DNA of 64,000 nucleotides. Origin: Thalia democratica (lineage: Eukaryota). The notes below the pieces were generated by a model, which had not been told where the DNA came from, made no database searches, and saw nothing but the letters and a program-made list of their open reading frames with translations. The position numbers and the translations under genes were made by a program. How positions within the stretch are numbered: position 1 is the stretch's first letter; each line of letters opens with the position of its first letter. This document shows positions 49,104 through 61,977 of this stretch, piece by piece. The stretch spans positions 27,466,001 to 27,530,000 of the forward strand of contig OZ241827.1 in assembly GCA_965202585.1 (NCBI GenBank), written 5' to 3'.

Positions 49104-52100
49104 CCAATTAAATAGAATAATGTTTAAATTATTTAGGATATACAACAAAAAATTGTTAGCTGTTTAGTACAAACCTAATAGTTTAGTAGAGAGTAGAGAT
49201 AACTCAAACATTTTGAAATACAAAACTTTTATCTTGGTTCTTAGCTTTCACATATGTAATAAAAAGCTCTAAGTTCATGTGCAGAAATGTAAATATTTCG
49301 TACAAAAAATAAAACTTTTTTTTTTATAGTGAGCTTAGCATAACATCGAAAATACACTGGTCACAAGCAAAAATTAATTAATTAAAGTTGTTGTTATTTA
49401 AAAATACCAACAGCTAAACAGATAATATATTTTATATTACAGGTTATTACAGCTATGTATCTTAAAGTGTGCATTTGTTTATCGTAGTATTTTTTTTGTT
49501 AGATTATAAAAATATTTTTTATGTTGTTATTTATTAAGTTTTTTTTCAGAAGCTGTTTCTTTACAGTTCTAAACAAGTTCTGGAAATTTTAAAATTACAA
49601 GTAAACTTTATTTAAATTTTAAAAATATAAAACTTTGTAAAAAAATATTTACAACTAGTTAACTGGTGTGTAAACTAATTTATAAATTTTCTGTGCAGAA
49701 ATCTTAAAATTTTTAAGAACCACTGGTTTAAAGTATTAAAAGTTTTACGTAAAATTTTGTGGTGAACTCTAAACAATGACAAAAGTATAAAACTATGATT
49801 AATATCTTCTTCAACGTAATAATTGTTTTACGTAAGTTCTTTCTTGCAATGTCATTTGCAATGTTTTTATTTCCTATTTATGCTCCTTTAAATTGAGTAC
49901 ACTCTTATCAATAACATATACCCTAAAATTTTTCATTAGTACTCTTTTAACAGTGTTTCTCTAAATATATACATCATTTTAAATGAAGACTTTAACTTGT
50001 AGTTGCCGTTATAGCAATAATGTTGTTTAAAGTATCTTTAAAATGTACTTTTGTTTACAAATTTTATTTCAATCTAATTATAGTTAATTCATTATAATTG
50101 AACAAAGTTTCTTTACTCTTTTACAAAGCAGTTACATCAAACACTTAATTCAAATTATTTTTGATTGAAAACTTTAAGCAAAATACACACCTCAAAACAC
50201 TCTTTTGTTAACCTGTTTTAATTTTAGTTTATGCTATATTAAATGAATTCAAAATTAAAGATTTTTGAAATTAGATTAGGGACATTGATTGGGAACCCAG
50301 CTTGATTGCAGATAAAACCAGATAAATAAAGGCAGTTTTGATATATACTTTACTCTTTCTACACCGAAGAAAACAATATCAACTTATTTTTAACAAATGA
50401 AGGTTATTTTGTATTTTTTAGTGATCTTGAAAAGACTAAAAGAGAGAAAAAACAACACTAATCTATGAAAATTAAAACTTAGGCAGACAAAAAATGAGAA
50501 TCAAAGTTAATTATACTTTATTTATTTTTAATTTATTTATTTACTTTTTTTATGAATTTATTACACCACTGTGTTTGTCCTTGTTTTTAGTGTTGTGTAT
50601 TCGGTGCACAATTAATTCATTGAGCACAATACGCACAAAATATTTTGGTTTCTTGTAGGTCTTTTATTGCCACTCAGAGTTACTAGACTTTTAAAATTAT
50701 TAGCGTTTTTACAATTTGTGTTAATTAAACTCTGAGCTTATTCACGCTCAAAACCTTAATTCATTTAATTTAAAAAAAAAAACTAATTTTCAGTTTTTGA
50801 CTTCGCTAATTTTCAAGATTCATTAAGTAGCTTAGTGATGTCCCTACTGTAATTATTGTAAATAAAGACTTTCGATTATCTTTTTTTTAGTTTATCTTGT
50901 TGAAGGTTCTAATTTTTTTTAATAATAATTCTTATATATTATGGTGGATTGAAAAACTACAAGCCTACGTTACACTAACTAAAATATAGTTCATTAAAGT
51001 CAAATAGTTGCTTGATTAGCTTTGAAATGATAACTTTATTAATGTTGTCTTTTATATAAATTAAAACGTAGCAATATTTTAATTTTATAAAACAAACAAT
51101 CATTTTTAATGATTTAGAACTTTTTATACAAATATCAATTTTTCGTTACATACATTTATACTTTGATATTTACAACTATTTTGATAAATTTAAAGTTTAA
51201 TAACTACGGTTACCATCTGGTTAGCACAACAAGTTTTGTAACTTCTGTGTTTCTCAGATCATTTCTTGTATCAAAACATAAAACTTGGAAACATATACAG
51301 GGTAGTTTCTGTGAAAAGTATTACAAATTACACAAACTTGTTTGACTCGATATACGATCACGACTTTTCAGTAACACAGAAAATATATTGTTTTTAAGTT
51401 ACACTTTTTCTACATCTTTTATTAAGTTTGGGATTTTGAATATAGCAAATAAGTGTTATATAATTTGTTTTCATAAGGTTTTTTTATCAAGAGTTTTACA
51501 GTCATTTAAGAAATTGCTATTATTTATAAGTTGATCAAAAAATGCGATAAAAAAATTTTTATTTAGGTTAAAAGTTATTTATTTTATGAGCGAAAAAAAT
51601 TTATGGTAAAAGATAAATGTATTTAATTTAATATATTTACAGCAAAGTTTTACAATAGGAAAAGTACTGTTAAAGTTTTACTTGTTTGAAGTTTAACGTA
51701 AAGTATTGTTTTTAAGTCTAGTTTATAAATAAAAGTAATATACTAAATAGATTACATTGTTAATAAATCTATCAAAAGTTTAAATACAGAGATCAATTTC
51801 TTTAGAGATATTAGTTCGTTACACAAAAACTTTAGTTTCTTATATATCAAATCTTAATTATTATAGGTAATTTTAATTTCAAAGCTAAAAACTTTTAAGT
51901 TAAATTAGAGAAAATTTTTACCTATTTTTTAAATTCTCCCTAGTTCTAACTAGTTTGTTTTAGTTGTACTGTACAATACATTTTAGTGGGTCAATGCTTT
52001 TAGTAAGCTTTTAATATAATGAAAAATTTATAGTACAATTACTGTTTGTGTATGCTTAAATTTCCTTTTCAAATATTTTTATATTTTTGTTTTGAAATTT

Positions 52101-54009
52101 AAAAAAATCTTAAAAACGATATAGTAGATGCTGCAGTTTTACACCAAAATTATACATTATAGTTGTAGGATTTCATATCTTACAGTTTTTTTTTTTTGAA
52201 ATCCTTTTTTTTTTTTGAATGCTGCAGCTGTAGTATAAGTTTACATTGAAATTTCTTTTTATTTTGTTTAGACAAAGTTAGCGTTGAACATAAATGAAAT
52301 AATTAAAAACGTTATCATAAAATCTAGGTACTTAATTTTGGATAAAGATATATGTAATCTATTTTAAATATCAAACACTTACATCTTTATAAAAAGAAGA
52401 CTGTTAAACTTTTAAACTACTAAAATAATCTATTTAAATAAAATTTTGACAATTAATAACGACTTGTACTGAAAACTCAATGTAAAAACTATTTTTCATC
52501 TTTATAAAGTTTAAAAATAACTTGTCATGTAGTTTACTTTAGAATTTTATGTAATCATAAATATTTCTAAGTCGAAGCTGTGTAAATCATGAAATCTTAT
52601 ACCCTTTTATTAGAACTAAAAACTAATACTTAAAAGTTTTATTTCATTAGAAACTATTTTTTGCAAAGTTAATCGAATCAAAAAGTTTCGCTCATTTTAA
52701 AACTTAAAAATTATCAATGGTCCTTAAATTTTTTTTTAACTACTTTTCAAACGTTGTACAACGAACGATTTTTTTTTTATTATTTTAATAGAGCTTTAGC
52801 ATTTTGATTTTTTATGAACTTTAATCAAGATTTAAAAGCAGTAAAAAGTTTAAAAACTAAACTAATTCTATTAAACATTGCGGTTAATAAGTTCATGTTT
52901 AAAAAGTTTGAAGAACTAATCGATGTTATCCTACACCTGTATACTAATTTAACTTGGTGATTTCGCAATCTATATTACTTAATAAGTTGTACAGTAGTTC
53001 AAACTAAATCTTTTTTAATTGAAAAAAATATGAACCAAAAGCTACCTTTAGTTATAAAAGCAACACAAAACTTTGAATATAAAAACTTTACAAAATTTAG
53101 TTACAATAGTTTTTTTGAGAAAACATTTTTTTCTACCAGTGTGATAGTTATAGTTATACTATTAATCTTATAAATGTTATGCTGGTGCAAATATTTTGAC
53201 AACAAAAGACTTCATAATAACTTTTTAACACTTAAAATACTTCGAATGAATAATCCCTCTAAGTTGTTTTCTTTTATTTTTACGCTATGAAAGTAATCAT
53301 TAGCACATAAAATTAAAAAACTAGTATATCATGTTATAACTGTTTTTAAATTCTGTCGTTTTTAACTTTTTAATTTCTTAAGATAAATTATTAAATTCTT
53401 TTTGTAATATTTTTTTGGTTCTGCTAAATTTTTTTTATTTAAATCATATAGAAATAAACTGGTTTACACATAGTATCTAAAAATGTATATGTTCCCATAA
53501 TGTTACTGTGCAAAACTTTTAAACACGTACTATAATAAGATAAGTTTATGCTCTACCGTTTAGCTTTGACGAAGGAGACATTTGACCTATAAAGGCTCTA
53601 TCATATATAATGTATAATTTCTAACAAGAACTAAAAAAATCAAGCCACAGTTTGAAATGTAAGATATTTGCAAAATTGCATTTCTTTGTACATTTAACAC
53701 TATAAGAGTTCGTTTTAGTTGTCTCGTATAAGATTACAAGGAAGTATTTAAGATTTGTTTGTTGTAAAAACAGTTAAATTTTTATCATTGTAAAAAAAAT
53801 CAATAAGCTACCACCTGTTTCTGTTTTGTAAATTAAAAAACATAAATTCAATAAAAAAAGACTTTTTTTAACAATATTCTTCATGTTTCGTTGTATTTTG
53901 AAGTATGATTGATTATTTTTTAAATAGTCAAGTTTAAAAATTATAGATATACTTACAAACATTTTACTAATAAGTCATGCTTAAAAATCAAAATACAATG
54001 TATTATTTA

Positions 54010-54103
54010 TTGAACGCTAAAAAAAGCGCTCAAAAAGTTTGGTCTAAGGACCTTGTGTACAAAGAAACCTTTCGGTTATCGAGTCGTACACCACAAAACT
54101 TAA
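54010..54103 (+). repeat. Dispersed ~97-bp family, copy 3
   Basis: TTGAACGCTAAAAAAAGCGCTC..TTTGGTCTAAGGACCTTGTGTACAAAGAAACCTTTCGGTTATCGAGTCGTACACC..ACTTAA. Confidence 0.85.
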
Positions 54104-54879
54104 AGTTAACCTATTATTGGAAAAAAAATTAAAATTTGATTTCAACTAAAGTTTGTTGCTTTGTTTTTAGAAAAGCTCAGCTGTTTTACACTTATGAAAG
54201 ATTATTTTATGAACTCAGTAAAATTTTCTATATAAAGACTTTATAAACTTAACTTAAATGGAGACACATTACAACAGTTTGTGCTTGTACATTTTATTAT
54301 TAAACCAAGCTCTATTTTTTTAAGTTGACTTAATTACAAATATGATCTATTATTAAAGTTTACATAAGTTCGCATTTTTTCTTTAAGATTGATGGCGGAA
54401 TTACACGTTTCAACTATTTTAAAAGTGAAGAAAAGTTTATATAGACAGAATATAACGATAGCTATCTAAAAAAGCAACTCTGGTTATAAAGTTTATTTTT
54501 TCTATCTATACTTATTTATAATTTTTTTACTCAGCATCTTTTGCTTCTTATTAAGTTTTTATAAAACTTAAAGTAAAACAAGTACTAGTTACAAACTTAT
54601 TTAAATCTTTATTCGACGCGAAATGTATAAAATAGTTATTAATGAAATGAAAATAAATAATCAAGTTTAAAAGATTTCAAAAAGTACGTACATCAAAGTA
54701 TAAGAACTTACAAGCAAAGGTAATCAAACAGCTCGAAATCAAATTTCAATACAAGCTATTTAGATTAAAAGGTGAAATACTTGTGATATTAACAACATTT
54801 TAAAATATTAATAAAAAGAGTCCGTTAAACTTTGTAACTTTTAATAAAACAAGTTTTAAAACTTTATCAACTCAACTTC

Positions 54880-55200
54880 TTTGTCAATGTGAGCATGCAT
54901 TTATGACGTAATTGAATGAAATTAACAGTGACAAGCACAGAATTAGTACATATTTACCAAAACAAAACTGACAAGCACGGTCACTCGGGAGGTACATCTC
55001 CAAACTGCATTGTTTATTTTGATGATAATAGCGCGTTGAGGTCATTTTTGTTTGTTTGTGAAAATAGTATAAACTGTTTACATTAAAATAAGCTTTTCGA
55101 AACTTTGTGTAATACTCTGATGTGCGATTAAATTCAAATTTACTCCGACTTTGATGTCTGTAATTTTGCAAATGAGCTTGGGTCAGCTAAGTTAAAAGCA
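54880..55200. promoter_or_regulatory. Candidate distal cis-regulatory module
   Basis: ATGACGTAAT at 54903, TGACAAGCAC twice about 40 bp apart, and AGGTCA/GGGTCA half-sites, in a CpG-richer patch. Confidence 0.3.
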
Positions 55201-56302
55201 GTCTAAAACATACAATGAAGTAGTACAGCTTTTTTTAAATCAGTAAAACAATTTTAGAACTCTTTGCCGAAGTTAACAATTGAAAGTAATTAGAAAGTTC
55301 AAATATATTAAAAAAGAGTCTGAATACAATGTTTAAAAACAATACTTTTTCTTTTTGTAGGTTTTAAAACTTTTTGATTATAATTAAAACAATATAAGTA
55401 CTTTTATAATTAAAAAAACAACAAGCTCAAGCTATGCTTAACTAACAAGTTAGCCATCAGTATTGAGCAAAATGAACAAATAAACAGTTTTATATTTCAT
55501 GTAGTTTTGCGATTTAATTTAGCAAAACTCTATTAGCCACGTAAAGATGAACTGCTAAGATGCTCATATAAATTTTTTACATGCCACTTCAAAGCGATAT
55601 GAACAAGACAAAGTGATTGTATTACTTCAAAAGTCTCTTTGATGTGATGTAGTTTGTCACTTTGATATAACTTCATTATTGTCTTTTAAGTTGATAAAAT
55701 TTGAAAATGAACATTATTTTCTTTCAAATTAAATGATAACTTCACAAGCTTTATTCACAATTGTATTTCTATAACAACAAGCAAAAAAAAAAACTACCGT
55801 TTATTATAAACTTCACTAACTTAAAGTATGTTACTCTAAATACTTTTAGTTCTGACATACTGACTTTAATTAGTTTTAGTAACTCTACTAAAAGATTTAA
55901 TTGAATATCATAATACTTCTTTTAAGTCATTTTTTCTTAGAGAAGTTTTTGTTCATCATAGCATAATAAACATTTTAAAAACTCAAAACACGTTTGATTC
56001 CAATGTAAAGTTTTAATATTTCATAAAAATAAAAAGTAGTTTCAAGTAAATATTTTTCTAATTAAAACAAACAATGTAAGAAAAATATGCAACTAGTAAT
56101 TAATGATATATTTATAACTATTTTGATTTTGTTTATGGTTTGGTAAAAAATAACGATAATATTCTACTAAAATAATTAACCACTAAAACTAAACTTTATA
56201 TCATATTTTTAATATATAAAAACTATATATAAGTAACGTAAAAAATACTTCACTTGTTTCTCATGTATTTAAAAAGTTAGTAATATTAATATTGTTTGCT
56301 TA

Positions 56303-56380
56303 TTGAAAGACAAAAAGCACTCTAAAATTTTTCTCTAAGCACTAAGGTCTAGCGTACGAAAAAAACCTTTTGGTTATCGA
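56303..56380 (+). repeat. Dispersed ~97-bp family, copy 4 (degenerate, 3'-truncated)
   Basis: TTGAAAGACAAAAAGCACTC...CTAAGGTCTAGCGTACGAAAAAAACCTTTTGGTTATCGA. Confidence 0.65.
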
Positions 56381-57276
56381 ATAACTATAGAGCTTGATAA
56401 CCTTTTGTATTTTCAAAGACTAAATCTTCAGAATCTATAGTAAATGAAAGTTTATAGTTTGTGTTATTTTATATATTTGTTGCTCCACATAGACTTAATA
56501 AACATATTTTTACTGAACTCTCGTAACTAAATTACTCAGTTCATTGTTTACTACAACACTTTAAATAAAAATAAACATTACATGCATTATCAACAGTCAA
56601 AATATTTTATAAAACTTAATAGTTTTTTAAACGAATAGCATTTTTTGATTTATAATTTTTAAGCTATAATATTACTTCCAATTGATTTAACTTTTTGTAT
56701 TATTTATCTTTTTTGAATAACGGGTTATAAAGCATATTTTAAATAAAATAACTTTTTTATAAATTTTACAAGGATCATTGTAAATATATTTTTAAATATC
56801 GTCAAATTTAGTACATTTTCTTATTTAGTTAATTGTTATACTGAGTTATACCAGAAAAACGAAAGTTTTATGATAGTGTTTAGCTTTTAAATTAATCTTA
56901 TTTCAGAACTTTTCAAACACAAACTTGTTGTAAATAATTTGTAATTAGTTTCTTTAGTTTATTTTTTTTGGTGAATATTTAAATTTTTACGAATCATTAA
57001 AAAAATATAGAACAAAAAGTAACATCTCTTAACTAAAGTTTTTTTTTATGTCAGTTCTTAATATTCAAATATATTAACCTGCCATGTGCTTAAGTATGTT
57101 GAACCCAGGCCAAAAGTGCATAATTATACGTAGCATCAAACTTTGGACTAAAATTACTTTTTAGCAGAATTAACAGTCATTTATTGCATAAATTAACTTA
57201 ATTATTATAAAGCAAATGTTTTGTTATAACAGATGAGAAAATTAGTTATGCTCTAAAATGTTATAATAATAAATAT

Positions 57277-57766
57277 GGGTTGGTGTCATTTTTGCACAAG
57301 GAACACTTTTTCACGGCGTCACTTTTGCACGAGTGGACGATTTCGCACGGCAACTCTTTAACACGAGCGTCACTTTAGCACGAGAGGTCATTTTTGCACG
57401 GCGTCAATTTTGCATGGAGGGTCACTTTTGCACGAAGACATTTTTTGCACAGGTTGAAAAAAAAATTTTTTGTTATCACTATTACCCTTAACCCTTACCC
57501 TCGGTCGGTATTTTTTTTTTCAATTTTTTTTTTTTCCGGTTTTTTTGATAAATTATTTTTATTAGGTATATGTTTTTTTTCTGTCACTGTTACCCCTACC
57601 CCTTACCCTCGGTCGGTAACTTTGTTTTTCATTTTTTATTTTTTGTTTTTTTTATTTCATATATTTTGTTTACTCTCGTGCAAAAACGACCCTAGGTGCA
57701 AAAGTGACGTTCGTGTAAAAGTGACGCCGTGCAAAAGTTTCCCCTCATGCAAAAGTGACCGTTCCC
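57277..57766. mobile_element. Non-autonomous foldback-type Mutator-like element (MULE MITE), 490 bp
   Basis: Starts GGG and ends CCC. Perfect 9-bp direct repeat AATAAATAT on both sides (57268-57276, 57767-57775). Inverted arms built of 16-18-bp GTCACTTTTGCAC units (about 10 left, 5 right). 9-bp TSDs and modular TIRs are established MULE/foldback features. Confidence 0.85.
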
Positions 57767-59295
57767 AATAAATATATATCATTTGTATACTTAACAAATA
57801 TAAAACAACTCAAAAGTATGGGATAAAGAGTTCATTGATACTTTTTCAGAATTATCTTAAAAATAATGTTCTATACAAAAAAACAACTCAAGATATGATA
57901 AAAGTAAAATGAAAACTTTCTTTGACATTTTTGAATAAAAGATTAATCTCAATTATTTAATTTAAAAAAAGTTACGTTTTCTATTAAGAAATTAAGAACA
58001 AAACTATTTCTAGATATATACTTTAAACATTTTTAAGTAAGCTAATTTTTATGTATTAAAACATTACAAACATTGTGGAGTAATTAGTAATGTTAAAAAG
58101 TATAATAAAATATTAAAAAATATTGATTTAAATGTAAACAAACTAAAACTGTTGTAAGGGACAACTATAAAGGTAATACATAAAGGTAATAATTAAGAAG
58201 TATAGTGATTTTTAAAATTTTTAACAAAATCTCTGAAATATTCTTTTTTTTTGAAAACATTTACTTGATCTACCATAAATCAAAAGCTTTAAGCCATACA
58301 TTAAAAAAAATACTAACTTAAGTTACCATGAAAATTAAAAATAATTAAAACTGATAACATTACAAAATTTTTATTTAATCTATATTTTACTATTTTTAAT
58401 TACTTTATTTATGATTTAACACAGTTTTAGAAAAGTTATGTGGTTTGGTAATTTCTAATTGGTAAAAAACAAAGAAGGGTCTTCGGTCACATTAAGAAAA
58501 CATTTTTTTAATCAAAATTTTAATTGTATAAACAAGGGATAAGAAAAGCTACAGCTATTTGAATAAAAACTCTGTTCATTACCCGAAAGTACAACAGAAT
58601 TAAATCAAAAGCTCATTAAATATAAACACAGGTGCAAAAAGGACTTAAAGTTGTGTTTTATCACCAAACAAACCTCGGTTTGTTTCAGCTTTCACACGAT
58701 GAAAAACTAACATCTTTTTACAGATTTATTTGATAAACTTTGTAATGTTTTGTGTGTAATGTAGTCACGAATACTGTGCTTGTCGTCAAAAGCTTTGTGT
58801 AATGGGGTTTTGATAGAATATTTAAAAAGGGTTAAAACGGTGTAAACAAAATAAACGTTTTCTTATCTAAATCATTATATTCTAAATTACTTCAAAAAAT
58901 AAAAGGAATTCAACGAACTTCCCAAGTGAAACTACGTTAAACTTATGTTAAATCACAAATTAATTTAACATACGTCAACCATTGTGAATAAGCAATAAGG
59001 TATGATAAATATCGTTTGTTTAGCTAAGTTAAAGTATTTTATTATCCAAAATTAATTTAACACAGTTATTTTAGTTATTTCTAAGTTGTATAATGTTTAC
59101 ACTACCCAAGAAAATTTATACAAAGTATTAAAGTTCTTTCACTTACTCTAATTGAACTTATATACTTACTATTCATAGTTTCATAACCAAAAAATTACTT
59201 ATAGTTTTGTTTCTTATAAGTTTTTTAAGTGCTTGTTTGATACTTTTAAATCTTTTTTTTTTTGTCGTTTTCAGTGGTTTTAAATTTGAAGTTTA

Positions 59296-59908
59296 AATAA
59301 GTTTGAAATTTTGATAACATTCTTTCTTTATCTTTTTTATCTAAAACCAAATAATTAAGTTTACTTTACAAATTAAATTACTATATTTATTCTATACAAG
59401 AATGAATAGATAATTCTTAGTAAGTTCTACACAATTGCTTTTTCAAGTAACTAGAAAAAAAAAGTTATACAAATAAGTTCCAAAAAATATTCTACAAACT
59501 AATAAGTTTGAAATTCTTTTAACATTCTTTTTTTATCTATTTTATCTAAAACAAAATAATTTAGTTTACTTTTAAAATTATTATTTTATCTGTTCAATAT
59601 AACATCTTATAGTTAATTCTTAGTAAGTTTTACACAAGTGTTTTTGTCAAGTTACTACAAAGAAAAAGATAACTTATACAAATAAAGTTCTGAAAAATAG
59701 TTTACATACTAATAAGTTTGAAATTATTTTAGCAATCTTTTTTAATCTTTTTTTGTTATAAAACAAATAATTAAGTTTACTTTACAAATTAAATCACTTT
59801 ATTTGTTGAATACAAATTCATATATTTAATTCTTAATGCTTTTTCAATTGTTTAAAAAACTAAACAATAATTTAAACAAATAAATTTCTGAAAAATATTC
59901 TACAAACA
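59296..59908 (+). repeat. Diverged tandem triplication of a ~205-210-bp AT-rich unit
   Basis: Units start AATAAGTTTGAAATT at 59296, 59501 and 59711. They share AAATAATTWAGTTTACTTT, AATTCTTA and AAAAATATTCTACAAAC blocks. Confidence 0.85.
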
Positions 59909-61353
59909 AAGTTCATCAAGTTATATCAACCTTATGCAAACTCTTAACTTATGATTTATATCAGGATCGACAAACTTTTGCCGTGGGGTAAAATCCAACC
60001 TGATAAAGTATGCAGTCAAACAATTTGCATTTAGTTTCAGCTAAATACATATTTTTAAAAAATTGATAAAAACTAACATTTAGACTAGTAATTAAGAAAG
60101 GATAATTACTAAGTCTTGTTTATTGCGTATTTTACTCCACTTTAGATTTTAAACAGTACTTTCTGTTGATAATTACAATTTTTGAAAAAAAACTGATGCA
60201 TGCTGCGGAAAGCTTTTTTCTATATAGGGCGGCCCGCGAGGATTTTTTATTAATAAAACCGTCCCCATCTCCTATAAAAGAAACCCTTAATTTGACTCAC
60301 ATACATACCCTGATCAATGACCACACTTTAAGTTTTCAACATAGCACTTTGTTAAAAGCTTTAATTAAATCCGATCCGCTACTTAAGATAAGAATACACA
60401 AGAACTTGGTGAAACATTTCAAATTTATTTTGTGCATTACAATGTGCTTCAATTAGTGATGTACCGGACTCACTATCCGGGTCCGGGTCCGGCCGGATAT
60501 TGCCATTTTTGTCTGATATCCGGATCCGGCCGGATTCTAATTTAAAAAAAAGTCGGGGTCCGGTTCCGGCCGGACTCTAATTCGAAAAAAAAGTCCGGAT
60601 CCGATTCCGGCCGGATTCTAATTTGAAAAAAAAATCCGGATCCGGTTCCGGCCGGATCTTAACAGAGATCCGGCCGGACCCGGATCTAGTTAGTATAAAA
60701 AAACATACTGAAAAGTATTTTTTCAAAAACAAACCCTGTGTATTTTAAAAAGAGTCACTTTCGTCAGTTAAAATTAAACACCTACCGTGATTGGCTCATT
60801 TTGTACACGTGACTAATTTACATTTGTTTACATTTAAACTATGAAATAAACATGACAGGCAGTTTATATGTAAGCAGTTAGTTAGTTTGATGTGCAGCTT
60901 GAAGCAACAAATATATTGAACTTTTTTGTGAATAAGTAGTGTTTTGTTTTAAAAGTGAATATTTCAACTGGTGTTTAATCGTTAAATAATTAAGCCAGGT
61001 TTAAAGTTTAATAGTTTATTAAAAATTTTACAGTTTCTTGTTTACTAAAAATTTTATTTAATTTTTAGTTTATTGTTTTAAGTCTTTTGATATAGATTTA
61101 AATAGCTTCCAGTTTTTAAAGTGTTACCAAAGTAATAAATAATTTTGTATATGCTAGTATTTCTTATTGTGTTTTATATAAAAGATTCATCACTCAAAAC
61201 TGTCGTGTCTGATTATAGAAAGTAGTCTCAGTTAGAATTTTATATTTATTAGATATTAATTAAATAAGGTAGGATTTAGATATGACGGGTAGTACTAATA
61301 AGTTAAGTGTACAACAATCAGTCCACAACTTTACTACCAAATTGTCAACCTTT

Positions 61354-61762
61354 GCTAGCTGTTCTACTGATTATTAGATTAAAGTAATTTTTTCAGTTTT
61401 TAAAAACCTCATTCTGACTCTAGCTAGTTTTATTGACTTAAACAGTGGCAACCCTGCTAGTTTGAAAATTTTTGGGAATTTTACTGAATTTTTTGGAATC
61501 TTGGACTACCTCAGGCTAGTTTAGTTTTTTATAAAAACTCAGGCTAGTTTTCTTTTAGATTTTGAATGAGTTTGAGCTGATCCAGTTTTCAATATTTTGT
61601 AATTTTCTAGTTATTTTTGTTCAAGAACATTTGATTTCAGATTTTTTATTGTAAATAACACCTAAGTTTGTAAACCTTGTGGCTAGCTGTTCTACTTATT
61701 ATTAGATTAAAGTTCTTCTTTTTTTCAGTTTTTAAAACCCTCATTCTGACTCAGGCTAGTTT
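61354..61762 (+). repeat. ~80-bp direct repeat inside the hAT element (61354-61430 and 61682-61762)
   Basis: GCTAGCTGTTCTACTxATTATTAGATTAAAGT...TTTTTCAGTTTTTAAAAxCCTCATTCTGACTC..GCTAGTTT occurs twice. Confidence 0.9.
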
Positions 61763-61766
61763 ATAC

Positions 61767-61977
61767 TAGTGATGTACCGGATTCACTATCCGGGTCCGGG
61801 TCCGGCCGGATATTGCCATTTTTGTGTGATATCCGGATCCGGCCGGATTCTATTTTGAAAAAAAAGTCCGGATCCGGTTCGGGCCGGATTCTAATTCGAA
61901 AAAAAAAGTCCGAATCCGGTTCCGGCCGGATTCTAATTTGAAAAAAAAAGTCCGTATCTGGGTCCGGTACATCACTA
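61767..61977. mobile_element. 211-bp MITE-like module with both TIRs at the right end of the hAT element
   Basis: Near-identical to 60454-60655 at its left end and ends in the right TIR. No TSD of its own (GTTTATAC vs GCTTCAAT). Confidence 0.75.

Larger units (their letters stand above)
60454..61977. mobile_element. Non-autonomous hAT element, 1524 bp, with internally duplicated left end
   Basis: 15-bp TIR TAGTGATGTACCGGA...TCCGGTACATCACTA. Perfect 8-bp TSD GCTTCAAT at 60446-60453 and 61978-61985. ~38-bp CCGGCCGGATTCTAATT subterminal repeats. Confidence 0.88.

Noticed and set aside
58666-58685. Perfect 9-bp inverted repeat AAACAAACC-TC-GGTTTGTTT
   Set aside because: Isolated and low complexity, with no supporting context.
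60697-60750. Resemblance (AAAAAAACATACTGAAA...CCCTGTGTA) to my recollection of the Hydra SL-B spliced leader
   Set aside because: It needs a ~14-nt insertion, no GT donor or Sm site follows, the sequence is AT-rich, and the reference is from memory only.
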